Counted from the first letter of the stretch, positions 50,487 to 58,894 are shown. The stretch: 64,000 nucleotides of DNA from a virus (IMGVR_UViG_3300032330_001692:1-64000); one strand, 5' to 3'. The notes: generated by a model from the sequence alone, not told the origin. Program-made: numbers and translations.

Positions 50487-50560
50487 GGGCGTGTAGTATA
50501 ATGGGATTACGGCGGCTTTGCAAGCCGTTTATGGGAGTTCGATCCTCCCCATGTCCACCA
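50487..50560 (+). tRNA. tRNA-Ala(TGC)
   Basis: TT-TGC-AA loop, G3:U70 pair, CCA. Confidence 0.88.
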
Positions 50561-50685
50561 CCATTTTCAGTCAGCTTCAGCTCACAAGGCTAAGCTGATT
50601 TTTCTGTCTCTAAATTTTAACAACTGCATTCAGGCTATTAAACAATGATGTAAAAATCTAGTTAGTACCATACAGGGAGCCGATT

Positions 50686-50907
50686 ATGGCCGAAAATGAC
50701 ATCGCACTTGCAACCGCTGTTACCGTAGCCGTCTTGCAAGAAAAAATCTCAGCGTTGGAAGACCATCTCCATCGCAGTGACTCTAAAATCAAAGCCCTAG
50801 AAAAAGATCGAGACAACGCCATCAAGTGGGGTCTCATGATCCTAGGAACCGCGGTAGTTTCCATGGCTTCGTGGATATTCAAGTTGATTACAGTGAAAGC
50901 ACCGTAA
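50686..50907 (+). CDS. Small coiled-coil plus C-terminal TM protein (holin/XhlA-like)
   Basis: GGGAG RBS, heptad region followed by a hydrophobic helix. Confidence 0.5.
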   Translation: MAENDIALATAVTVAVLQEKISALEDHLHRSDSKIKALEKDRDNAIKWGLMILGTAVVSMASWIFKLITVKAP

Positions 50908-51120
50908 TTTTTCTCTTGAACCTCGACCCTAAATCACTTACAATAATCTCTTAGAAATCGAAATCAAGCGTGCCCCACAGGGCACGCTACCCTGAGGTAC
51001 TACTATGAAACCCCGTAATTTTGTAACCAAGCACATGCAGCGCACTGGCGATGGCTCACATCGCAAAACAAACAAACAGCTGCGTCAAAAACAGAAACGC
51101 GAGCTGTTCCAGTAGACGCT

Positions 51121-51194
51121 GGGCTCGTAACTTAAAGGTAAAGTAACTGGCTTTTAACCAGTAAAAGAAGGATCGTTACCTTCCGGGCCTACCA
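51121..51194 (+). tRNA. tRNA-Lys(TTT)
   Basis: CT-TTT-AA loop, atypical T-loop ATCGTTA, CCA. Confidence 0.88.
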
Positions 51195-51199
51195 ATGTA

Positions 51200-51320
51200 T
51201 GTATATGTGAATTTCTCCACCACACCGGCTCACGACCACCGTGGTTCAGCGCAAAAGTTCGTGAGACCGATGCGTGGTATACAAGGGCTTGAAACCCCAA
51301 GTGGGATCTTCACATATGCA
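51200..51320 (+). ncRNA. Unidentified helix-closed RNA between tRNA-Lys and tRNA-Gln
   Basis: TGTATATGTGAA/TTCACATATGCA outer helix, inner CTCACGA/TCGTGAG. Confidence 0.5.
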
Positions 51321-51326
51321 CACAGT

Positions 51327-51400
51327 TGGGGGTTAGTTAAATGGTATAACCACGGATTTTGATTCCGTTGTCAAAGGTTCGATTCCTTTACCCTCTGCCA
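51327..51400 (+). tRNA. tRNA-Gln(TTG)
   Basis: TT-TTG-AT loop, CCA. Confidence 0.88.
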
Positions 51401-51585
51401 GAAATATTCACTTGATTCAACCGGTGTTTTAGTTTATAATCTTTTCCTAACAGGAAAACTATGTATTTCAAAGAACGTGAATCAGATCCACGAGCAAATC
51501 AAGAACACAACAAGCGTGAGCGCGAGCTCAGTGCAGAACGCATGAAGCGGGTTGCTGCACTCCGCAAGTCTAAGCGGTAATCTCC

Positions 51586-51661
51586 ACCCGATTAGCTCAG
51601 CTGGTAGAGCACACGCTTGATAAGCGTTAGGTCGCTGGTTCAAGTCCAGCATCGGGTACCA
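51586..51661 (+). tRNA. tRNA-Ile(GAT)
   Basis: Canonical cloverleaf, CCA. Confidence 0.9.
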
Positions 51662-51742
51662 ATATGGGTGTTTCAAGGTTGCGCAGATGGGCGCAGATAA
51701 AAACTTAATCTAGAGTGAATCGTCTTTTCTCTAGGCCCACCC

Positions 51743-51883
51743 TCCATTAGAGTACACATAGGCGCACACCTTATATAGTGCGGTCGTGCTAGCACACGGC
51801 AACAAACATTGCTAGATGGGGTACTTATAGCCTGAATTTATAGTAGGGCATATCGACCCAAGACCTGTGTGTACTCTAATGGA
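51743..51883 (+). ncRNA. Unidentified helix-closed RNA
   Basis: 20-bp TCCATTAGAGTACACATAGG/CCTGTGTGTACTCTAATGGA. Confidence 0.55.
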
Positions 51884-51982
51884 AGAGTTGCTAATGTTGG
51901 CCTTAGGGAGACCCTTATAAAGTCTTTAAGCCCTCACCAGATAAGTGAGTGTACGTGGGTTCGATTCCCACCTCTTCTACCA
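51881..51982 (+). tRNA. Atypical 102-nt tRNA, anticodon TAT (Ile-AUA?), very long variable arm
   Basis: GGAAGAG/CTCTTCT acceptor, GTGGGTTCGATTCCCAC T-arm, CT-TAT-AA loop, ~28-nt extra arm, CCA. Confidence 0.7.
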
Positions 51983-51990
51983 GATTTAAT

Positions 51991-52074
51991 GCGCGAGTGG
52001 TGTAATGGTAGCCACGCTGGTCTTAGAAGCCAGTGCCGTGAGGCGTGAGAGTTCGAGTCTCTCCTTGCGCACCA
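51991..52074 (+). tRNA. tRNA-Leu(TAG)
   Basis: Class II cloverleaf, CCA. Confidence 0.9.
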
Positions 52075-52084
52075 CCCTAATAAG

Positions 52085-52159
52085 GGCCTATTCGTCTAGT
52101 GGTCAGGACGCCGGGTTTTCATCCCGTAAAGAAGAGTTCGATTCTCTTATAGGCTACCA
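52085..52159 (+). tRNA. tRNA-Glu(TTC)
   Basis: TT-TTC-AT loop, CCA. Confidence 0.88.
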
Positions 52160-52226
52160 ACCAAAATATTGATTTGATTTCAGTGTTAAAACACTCTATA
52201 ATTGTTTTAACAAATCAGGAAATCAG

Positions 52227-52535
52227 TTGAGTAAAAAGTACACAATCACTGCCGTTATCTACGACAAGCGGGGCAACGTGCTTAGTCTAGGAAAGAATAG
52301 TTATCACAAGACTCATCCACTGCAAGCACACTACGCAGCGGTGGCCGGAGAACCGCATAAAATGTTTCTTCACGCTGAAATTGATGCCATTATCAAGTGC
52401 CAGGATTTAACTCGGGCTCACAAACTTGTTGTCTTTCGGTATCGTGAAGACGGTTCTCCGGCCTTGGCCCGGCCGTGCAGAGTGTGTCAGGCTGCTATTC
52501 AGAAAACTCCCATTAAAATCATCGAGCATACTTAA
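52227..52535 (+). CDS. Zinc-dependent cytidine/dCMP-type deaminase
   Basis: HAE...PCRVC zinc motif. Confidence 0.85.
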   Translation: MSKKYTITAVIYDKRGNVLSLGKNSYHKTHPLQAHYAAVAGEPHKMFLHAEIDAIIKCQDLTRAHKLVVFRYREDGSPALARPCRVCQAAIQKTPIKIIEHT

Positions 52536-52771
52536 TGTACGATTCGGCACATCAAACTTACAAAATTGAATTGACCATCTACGACGACTTTCGATTGCCT
52601 CCAGCACACGAGCTGGAACGTTGGATCCGTTACATGGTTGAAAGCGCAGGCAAGATTGGCTGTGACTGTTCGGTGACTGCACAGCCACGAGAAATTAACA
52701 TGCAGGAACGTGTACAGCGCGCTGGACCACGCAAATTTAAACCATACAATTCCGGAGTAGCACAGCGGTAG
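52535..52771 (+). CDS. Hypothetical protein
   Basis: TAATG coupling; 3' end overlaps tRNA-Asn. Confidence 0.45.
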   Translation: MYDSAHQTYKIELTIYDDFRLPPAHELERWIRYMVESAGKIGCDCSVTAQPREINMQERVQRAGPRKFKPYNSGVAQR

Positions 52772-52825
52772 TGCAGTTGACTGTTAATCAATTGGTCGTA
52801 GGTTCGATCCCTGCCTCCGGAGCCA
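52751..52825 (+). tRNA. tRNA-Asn(GTT)
   Basis: Canonical cloverleaf, CCA. Confidence 0.92.
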
Positions 52826-52831
52826 CGTAAC

Positions 52832-52906
52832 GCGTCCCTAGTATAGTGGAAAATATCCAAAGCTACGAACTTTGAGACGGGAGTTCGATTCTCTCGGGAC
52901 GTACCA
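52832..52906 (+). tRNA. tRNA-Arg(ACG)
   Basis: CT-ACG-AA loop, CCA. Confidence 0.9.
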
Positions 52907-52920
52907 CACAGAAAGCAACT

Positions 52921-53136
52921 ATGAGTTTTGATGCCTGGAGTCTAAACTGTCCCCGCTGCGGGCCAGCTCATAAATTGGTTCCTGACTCTACAGCATGTGC
53001 TGAGATTGCCGGCGACTGTTACCAGTGGTGCTGGTATGAGTGCGCAGTTTGCAAGTTTGAAACTGAAAGTGAACAAGCCATAAACGGCGATGCCCAAGTT
53101 TGGGAACTGCTTTATAAAAAATACCTGGTAGAATAG
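52921..53136 (+). CDS. Small zinc-ribbon protein
   Basis: CPRC...CAVC. Confidence 0.55.
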   Translation: MSFDAWSLNCPRCGPAHKLVPDSTACAEIAGDCYQWCWYECAVCKFETESEQAINGDAQVWELLYKKYLVE

Positions 53137-53201
53137 CACAGCGGTAGTGCACGGCTCTCATACGGCTGGGGTCGTAGGTTCGAATCCTACTTTTACCACC
53201 A
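53127..53201 (+). tRNA. tRNA(CAT), elongator Met or Ile2
   Basis: CT-CAT-AC loop, CCA. Confidence 0.85.
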
Positions 53202-53213
53202 CACATACTAATC

Positions 53214-53513
53214 ATGCGAAACACACTAATCATCAACGGTTGCACTCTGGAGCGTACTTGCTATGCTTGTCCTGAGCAGTACGATGTTTTCTTTCAGGAC
53301 TTTCAGATCGGTTACCTGCGTTTGCGTCACGGTAGATTTACCGCTGATTATCCAGACTACGGAGGTACTACAGCATATCATGGTTACCCCAAAGGTGACG
53401 GCATTTTTGAAGACGACGAGCGTTTCTTCTTTTTGCGTGAAGCGGTAGACTCCTTAATTCAAACGCACAACACACAGCTCATAGAGCGCATGGATGCTCC
53501 TGCGTACGATTGA
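53214..53513 (+). CDS. Phage hypothetical protein (ACPEQYD family)
   Basis: TC.ACPEQYDV...GYLRLRHG, GDG.F..DER. Confidence 0.7.
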   Translation: MRNTLIINGCTLERTCYACPEQYDVFFQDFQIGYLRLRHGRFTADYPDYGGTTAYHGYPKGDGIFEDDERFFFLREAVDSLIQTHNTQLIERMDAPAYD

Positions 53514-53628
53514 AATTTTTATCTTGAATTCTTCGCAAATTCCTGTATAATAATGTAATGGGTTGAGAGATCGATCCAGAGCTTCACTAGCGTAATTAGT
53601 GGTAATGACTGTGATACTTAATCAGTCA

Positions 53629-53792
53629 ATTAAGTTAAGCGTCTGCTGTAGCGAGGCGATCAGTTACTTCATACTATAGAGAAAGGTTAATCCTTGTGGT
53701 TAACCAAAGCGGTAAAATAATTCGGCGTGCCGCGATAGACAAAACCCGATAAAACCTGAGAACACACATTCTCAGCGGACGCTTAACTTAAT
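53629..53792 (+). ncRNA. Y RNA-like (Yrl) RNA upstream of Ro60
   Basis: 20-bp closing helix, CAGTTACTTC motif, internal hairpins. Confidence 0.65.
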
Positions 53793-53817
53793 CTTTTTAA
53801 CTACGAAAGAAACCAAA

Positions 53818-55140
53818 ATGTCTAGCCTAAACAAGCGCGTGTATGCTCCTCAAGCCCGTGCTGTAAACCATGCTGGTACTGCTGTGCGCGCTATCACTCC
53901 AGAAAAGCAACTGGTGCGCATGACCCTAGCTAATATGCTTTGGGAAAACCAATTCTACGTCAACGGAGAAAAATCCGCTGACGTGATCGCCAAGTTGGTG
54001 CAACAGTGCGATGCCCAGTTTGTTTCAAACTTGGCCATCATGGCACGTACGCAATTCAAACTGCGTCACGTTCCACTACTGTTGACCCGAGAACTGGCAC
54101 GCACTGGCCGCCTTGCGGCACATGTGCTCAACGCTGTAATCCAGCGTCCGGACGAAATGTCCGAGTTCCTGTCAATCTACTGGCGGGACGGCAAGACCCC
54201 TATCGGCAATCAAGTCAAGCGGGGTCTTGCAACTGCTTTTGCAAAGTTTTCGGAATACGCACTTGCAAAGTGGGATAAGAACAGCAGCGCAGTCCGGATG
54301 CGTGATGTAATGTTCTTGGTGCATCCGAAGCCTGAGAGCCCTGCTCAGGCTGCACTGTTTAAGCGCGTTGCCGATAACGCGCTCAAAACCCCAGATACCT
54401 GGGAATCGGAACTCTCAGCTGGAGCCGATAAACGTGAAACGTTTACTCGACTGATGCAAGAGAAGAAGCTGGGAGCTTTGGCATTTTTGCGTAATCTGCG
54501 CAACATGACCCAAAGCGGCGTTCAGGACTCTCAGATTCGTGAGTACGCACAGACTCTAGATGTCACAAAGGTTCTGCCTTTCCGTTACATCGCAGCAGCC
54601 CGTATTGTTCCCGAATATGAGGATATGCTGGAACAGCTGATGTTTCGCAGCCTAGAGTCACACGAAAAGCTGCCTGGTGTAACCAAGTTGTATGTGGATG
54701 TATCAGGCTCCATGTTTGGTACTAAGATTTCTCAGAAGTCAGACTTGGAGCGTTTCGACGCTGCTGCTGCTTTAGCCGTGCTGTGCAGAGAAATCTGCGA
54801 AACGGTTGAAATCTACAGTTTCTCGGATCGTGCTGTGCGTGTACCACCTCGCCGTGGTTTTGCCCTAGTTGAAGCAATTCGCCAGTCACAAGCACACAAC
54901 GGTACCAACTTGGGGCGTTCGCTAAACTCCACTGGATCGCCTTGCGATCGAGTGATTGTGTTTACCGATGAACAGTCACACGACCGTCCGGGTAAGCCCG
55001 GGTTCGGTGCTAAGGGATACATTGTTAACGTAGCAGCCTATGAAAATGGTGTAAATCACGACCACTGGCTGACTATTTCAGGATTCTCTGAAGCCATCGT
55101 TGACTATATTCAAGCCGTTGAAAAGGACGTAAGTCCTTAA
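53818..55140 (+). CDS. rsr: Ro60/TROVE domain RNA-binding protein with vWA domain
   Basis: LRHVP, F.KFSEY.LAKW, LRNLRN, LPFRY, MIDAS DVSGSM, VFTDEQ, I.GFSE. Confidence 0.92.
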   Translation: MSSLNKRVYAPQARAVNHAGTAVRAITPEKQLVRMTLANMLWENQFYVNGEKSADVIAKLVQQCDAQFVSNLAIMARTQFKLRHVPLLLTRELARTGRLAAHVLNAVIQRPDEMSEFLSIYWRDGKTPIGNQVKRGLATAFAKFSEYALAKWDKNSSAVRMRDVMFLVHPKPESPAQAALFKRVADNALKTPDTWESELSAGADKRETFTRLMQEKKLGALAFLRNLRNMTQSGVQDSQIREYAQTLDVTKVLPFRYIAAARIVPEYEDMLEQLMFRSLESHEKLPGVTKLYVDVSGSMFGTKISQKSDLERFDAAAALAVLCREICETVEIYSFSDRAVRVPPRRGFALVEAIRQSQAHNGTNLGRSLNSTGSPCDRVIVFTDEQSHDRPGKPGFGAKGYIVNVAAYENGVNHDHWLTISGFSEAIVDYIQAVEKDVSP

Positions 55141-55221
55141 CTGGAGCAAGGCGATAAGCAAGAGCTCGTACTAATATTTAGCGGTATACCTTATCATTAC
55201 TAACGCTAAATTACCTTAGTA

Positions 55222-55425
55222 CTGCCGCGGTGGCAGTGTCCATCCACCAAGTAGTGCGAAAACTACTAAAAAATCCACGCTAGGAACCGCAAGCAGCCGG
55301 TCAGAGCAAGAGAGTGGTCAGGACGAATATGTACAAGAGTAGCATGTAGAGTTGCGTACACAACTCGAGGGCTTGAATTCTCTTGCCGGCGACACCGGCT
55401 ATGTCCTCTAAACTGCAAGGTTTAG
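55222..55425 (+). ncRNA. Unidentified multi-helix RNA downstream of Ro60
   Basis: Nested AGCCGGT/ACCGGCT, GCAAGAGA/TCTCTTGC and GAGTTG/CAACTC helices plus flanking hairpins; no ORF. Confidence 0.45.
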
Positions 55426-55499
55426 AAAAGTGTATGTTGTCGGATGCGGTTACTTCTTTAGGCGAAAAAACACCGCATCAATTTGTTACTACACTTTTC
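55425..55499 (+). ncRNA. Minimal Yrl-like RNA
   Basis: GAAAAGTGTA/TACACTTTTC, internal loop, GATGCGGT/ACCGCATC, loop starting TACTTC. Confidence 0.7.
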
Positions 55500-55500
55500 C

Positions 55501-55608
55501 AAGCCTTGACGCTGTTATTGGTTACTTCATAGGTTCGATTCCTATATGCGGTTACATACTGCGTATAGCTGCAATGGCGCAGCACACCAATACAAATTTT
55601 TCAGGCTT
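55501..55608 (+). ncRNA. yrlA: YrlA-like RNA with circularly permuted tRNA-like domain
   Basis: Stem, GGTTACTTC, T-arm ATAGGTTCGATTCCTAT, closed acceptor-like hairpin, D-arm TAGCTGCAATGGCGCAGC. Confidence 0.8.
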
Positions 55609-55616
55609 CCATTTAC

Positions 55617-55718
55617 GTCTTAGTGTTTTACACAGTTACTTCTCTTACCATAAAATTCTGGCCTTACAGCTTGAATCAAGAAATGCCGCATAGGCGCTCT
55701 GTGTTTTTTGTTCTAGAC
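55617..55718 (+). ncRNA. Yrl-like RNA
   Basis: GTCT(T)AG/CTAGAC and ACACAG/CTGTGT stems, CAGTTACTTC motif. Confidence 0.6.
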
Positions 55719-55740
55719 TCCTTTAACTACCACCATTACC

Positions 55741-56089
55741 ATGACCATACGAGTAATCAAAGCAGCAGTTCGTGAAGTAGCCTGCCAACATTGTGGCTCT
55801 CTGTTAGAGTACAGTCCCAGTGACGTGCAAGAAGCTTGGCATGAAGACTACTTAAACGACGGTACCTGGGTACCGTATATTGAGTGCCCTGAATGTGAAA
55901 AACATGTCCGACTCACACACTGACCTAGTTTATCGACTGCAAACTCGTGCAGAAATTCGCCGGCAGATTCCAACCAGAAAGTCTGTTCAGGAAAACAAAC
56001 CTGACCGTATAGCAGACTTACTGGAAGAAGCTGCTCAGCGCATTCAACAACTGGAAGCTGCGTTGCAAGGTGCAACAAGGGCTTGCTAA
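55741..56089 (+). CDS. Zinc-ribbon protein (55741-55923) and small helical protein (55904-56089)
   Basis: CQHC...CPEC; RAEIRRQI..RKSV...DRIADLLEEAA. Confidence 0.6.
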
Positions 56090-56096
56090 GCCACAT

Positions 56097-56193
56097 AGAG
56101 TGATGGGTGAGCTGGTTTAAACCACCTTCCTGCTAAGAAGACGTTTCGGGCACAAACTCGGGGCCGAGGGTTCGAATCCCTCTCACTCTGCCA
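56097..56193 (+). tRNA. tRNA-Ser(GCT)
   Basis: Class II cloverleaf, G73, CCA. Confidence 0.9.
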
Positions 56194-56216
56194 AAAGGCA
56201 TCGTTTATATATCAAA

Positions 56217-56308
56217 GGAAAGTTGGCAGAGTCCGGCTTATTGCACTAGTCTTGAAAACTAGCGGATCAGCGATGGTCCCGATGGGTTCGAATCCCTCAC
56301 TTTCCGCC
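56217..56308 (+). tRNA. tRNA-Ser(TGA)
   Basis: Class II cloverleaf, G73, CCA. Confidence 0.9.
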
Positions 56309-56324
56309 ACTAAAAGGAGTTAAC

Positions 56325-56803
56325 ATGCCTTGCATGAAATGTTCAAATGGCAAATACAAGTATGGTGAACATGGTAAATGTGTGTTTGATACCCTAACAG
56401 CCTGCAAACGTGCTGCTGCTGCTGCTATTCACGTGCAAGACAAGTCTATAGACAGCGTAGAAGTCGCTACAAAAGATAGTTTTACAAAACTCTCCGGAAG
56501 TGTAACCCAACTGGGCCCCTCAAACTTGGCTTAAAAAGCGTTAACATGAGCTATCACCTGTACAAAGAATTCCTGGAAAAGCACTACGAAAGCTTAGGTG
56601 AAAACAAAACCTTTGTGGTAGCTTGTTTCAGTGCACACAGCGGAGAGCTACAACAAGCTGTAGTGTACGCAAAAACAGAGCTACAGGCATTTTGCACATT
56701 TCTGAAAACAGACTATGCAAATACAACTGCATTACAAGAAAGTTTAGCCGGTGCAGATATGTGGATTTCTGCACTAGAAATCAATAACACGTTGACCGAG
56801 TGA
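56325..56803 (+). CDS. Two hypothetical genes (56325-56534, 56546-56803)
   Basis: AGGAG RBS; MPC.KC.NGK.K.G..G.C motif. Confidence 0.6.
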
Positions 56804-56859
56804 CTAGGTGGTTGGCTGCAACCCTTCCCAGACTGGTTGAAATCCAGTACGTGTTTCCA
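56786..56859 (+). tRNA. tRNA-Cys(GCA), weak anticodon stem
   Basis: CT-GCA-AC loop, U73, CCA; two T:T mismatches. Confidence 0.7.
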
Positions 56860-57113
56860 GAAAGACTACTATGAAAACAAACTTGTTTAATGCTCGTCAT
56901 CGTGGGCGGCACGGCCCAGGCGGCTGGCGCTGTCACTGTTGTGGCCCTGCTCCCAGTCACCGAGCAAGTTTTGCACGCTTGCACAAGCGTTTCATTTATC
57001 GTGTTTTGGATCGCCTGGAACACGAATGATTGTACTGTTTCCAGAACCCGTACCACACTACTTGGTGTGGTATTTCGACAATCACGGTTTCGTGCATTGT
57101 TTTCAACTTTAAT

Positions 57114-57189
57114 GCGTGTGTAGCTCAATTGGTAGAGCAGCTCGTTGCCAACGAGCAGGTTGCAGGTTCGAGACCTGTCGCCCGCACCA
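57114..57189 (+). tRNA. tRNA-Gly(GCC)
   Basis: TT-GCC-AA loop, CCA. Confidence 0.88.
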
Positions 57190-57192
57190 TCT

Positions 57193-57269
57193 GCGTGGTT
57201 AGTGTTCAACGGCTAGCATCTTTGGTTTCCACCCAAAAGGAAAGGGTTCGAATCCCTTACCCCGCACCA
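57193..57269 (+). tRNA. tRNA-Gly(TCC)
   Basis: TT-TCC-AC loop, CCA. Confidence 0.85.
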
Positions 57270-57277
57270 CTTACGAG

Positions 57278-57352
57278 AGTTCCTTAGCTCAGAGGCAGAG
57301 CAACGCTTTTACACGGCGAAGGTCGGGATCTCGGAATTCCCAGGAACTACCA
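57278..57352 (+). tRNA. tRNA-Val(TAC)
   Basis: TT-TAC-AC loop, atypical T-loop, CCA. Confidence 0.82.
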
Positions 57353-57353
57353 T

Positions 57354-57971
57354 ATGTTAACTGATGACAACTCTGCTTGGCTGACCTTTCCACAACACAG
57401 GCTGTGGTTCAACAAACTGTGGCTCAGCGAAACTCTGGGCTACGATTGCGGGCCAGGCGGCGTTCCAGTAACCAAACCGGGGGTTTATGTTGTGCGGCCT
57501 GTGTACAACTTGCGCGGCATGGGCTTAGGCGCACGGCTAAAGTACCTGACTCCACACGACACTCACACTGTGCCTCCAGGCTATTTTTGGTGTGAGCAGT
57601 TTTTGGGTACACAACACAGCATTGACTACACATGGGATAAGGGTTGGCAGCAAACGCAAGCCTTTGAGGGCTGCAACGAGCCAGATCAGCTATACCGATT
57701 TACCAGCTGGACTCGTTCCAGTCACCAAATCGAGTTGCCGGCTGCATTTGATGTGTTGCAAGACTGTGAACACATCAACGTTGAGTTTGTTGGCGGCAAG
57801 ATCATAGAAGTACACTTGCGTGTATCTCCTGATCCTCAAGACTACCATCACTTGATACCTGTGTGGAGCGACGAACTTTTGTTGATGCCACCAGGCTACA
57901 CTTGGATCGCCAGTGAGGACAGTGCAGACGGCTTGCTGCCCAGCACACGACTAGGATTTTATGTAAAATGA
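57354..57971 (+). CDS. ATP-grasp-like phage protein
   Basis: YVVRP.YNL.GMG.GA, W.E.F.G...SID, INVEF.G.KIIEVHLR. Confidence 0.55.
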   Translation: MLTDDNSAWLTFPQHRLWFNKLWLSETLGYDCGPGGVPVTKPGVYVVRPVYNLRGMGLGARLKYLTPHDTHTVPPGYFWCEQFLGTQHSIDYTWDKGWQQTQAFEGCNEPDQLYRFTSWTRSSHQIELPAAFDVLQDCEHINVEFVGGKIIEVHLRVSPDPQDYHHLIPVWSDELLLMPPGYTWIASEDSADGLLPSTRLGFYVK

Positions 57972-58632
57972 GCATCAAATTCACCAGAATTAAAAAGTGC
58001 CTGGAACTAGATGACAAACTCGCCTTTGGTGCTCACTCCGGTAAAAGCATCAGCTACATGCTGGAGTTTGAGCCGGAGTACTTGTTTTGGGCAACAAAAC
58101 AACCAAACTTGATTTTTCTGTGCCACACAGCAGCCATAAGACTTGAAGAAAAAGCCACCCGCGCCAAACAGGAAAAAGAAAAGCACAAAGCAAAAGCCTA
58201 CTATTACGCAGACACTGACCAAGACTCTTGGTTTGATGACGTGCCGTTTTAAAGGCTTGAAACTCAACTCAATTTCGGATATAATTTATCTTTAGATAAA
58301 TAGGAAATCAAATGCGCAAAATGATTGTTCACCTGAGTGTTGGCTTTGCAGGCATGGATGCCTATGAAGCACTTCTAGTTGAAGACGATGCCACTGAAGA
58401 CGAGATTGCACAAGAAGCCTGGCACATGGCCTTAGATCACGCTGAACGTTACGGCTACTATCCCACAGACGATTACAGCGAAGACGGCGAAGACGAAGAT
58501 GATGGCGGCTGGGACCGGGATCATTACTCTCACAACATCGAAGGCTGTGCTGAAGACTACGATCCTGATCGTCACGACATGAAGCGTGCAGGCGGCGGCA
58601 GTTTCGAACTAGACTTTGCAGGCATGATGTAA
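57968..58632 (+). CDS. Two hypothetical genes (57968-58252; acidic 58312-58632)
   Basis: L.FG.H.GK.I......P.YL.W motif; RBS and promoter support. Confidence 0.6.
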
Positions 58633-58639
58633 TTGTAGT

Positions 58640-58715
58640 CCAACTTTAGCTGATGTGGTCATAGCGCTGGTTTGAAGCTCCAGTGAACTTGGTTCGATTC
58701 CAAGAGGTTGGGCCA
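58640..58715 (+). tRNA. tRNA-Phe(GAA)
   Basis: TT-GAA-GC loop, GGTTCGATTCC, CCA. Confidence 0.8.
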
Positions 58716-58821
58716 TAAGTTTAGTATACGGTATAGCTCAGTTGAATAGAGCGAGTGATAAAATACTAGTTAGCACGTAGCGCGTCGGGTAAGAGCCGAC
58801 TACCGTTTACTAAACTTATGG
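58713..58821 (+). ncRNA. tRNA-like RNA with extended closed acceptor helix, no CCA
   Basis: 14-bp outer helix plus ACGGTA/TACCGT, D-arm TAGCTCAGTTGAATAGAGC, T-like arm GTCGG/CCGAC. Confidence 0.6.
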
Positions 58822-58894
58822 TGCGTTCGTATAGAGGTTATTACTGCGGATTGTCTATCCGCTTACGCGAGTTCGATTCTCGCACGCATCGCCA
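58820..58894 (+). tRNA. tRNA-Asp(GTC)
   Basis: TT-GTC-TA loop, G73, CCA. Confidence 0.9.

Noticed and set aside
50487-50560. tRNA-Cys(GCA) call
   Set aside because: The 7-nt loop centres on TGC and G3:U70 is present, so it is tRNA-Ala.
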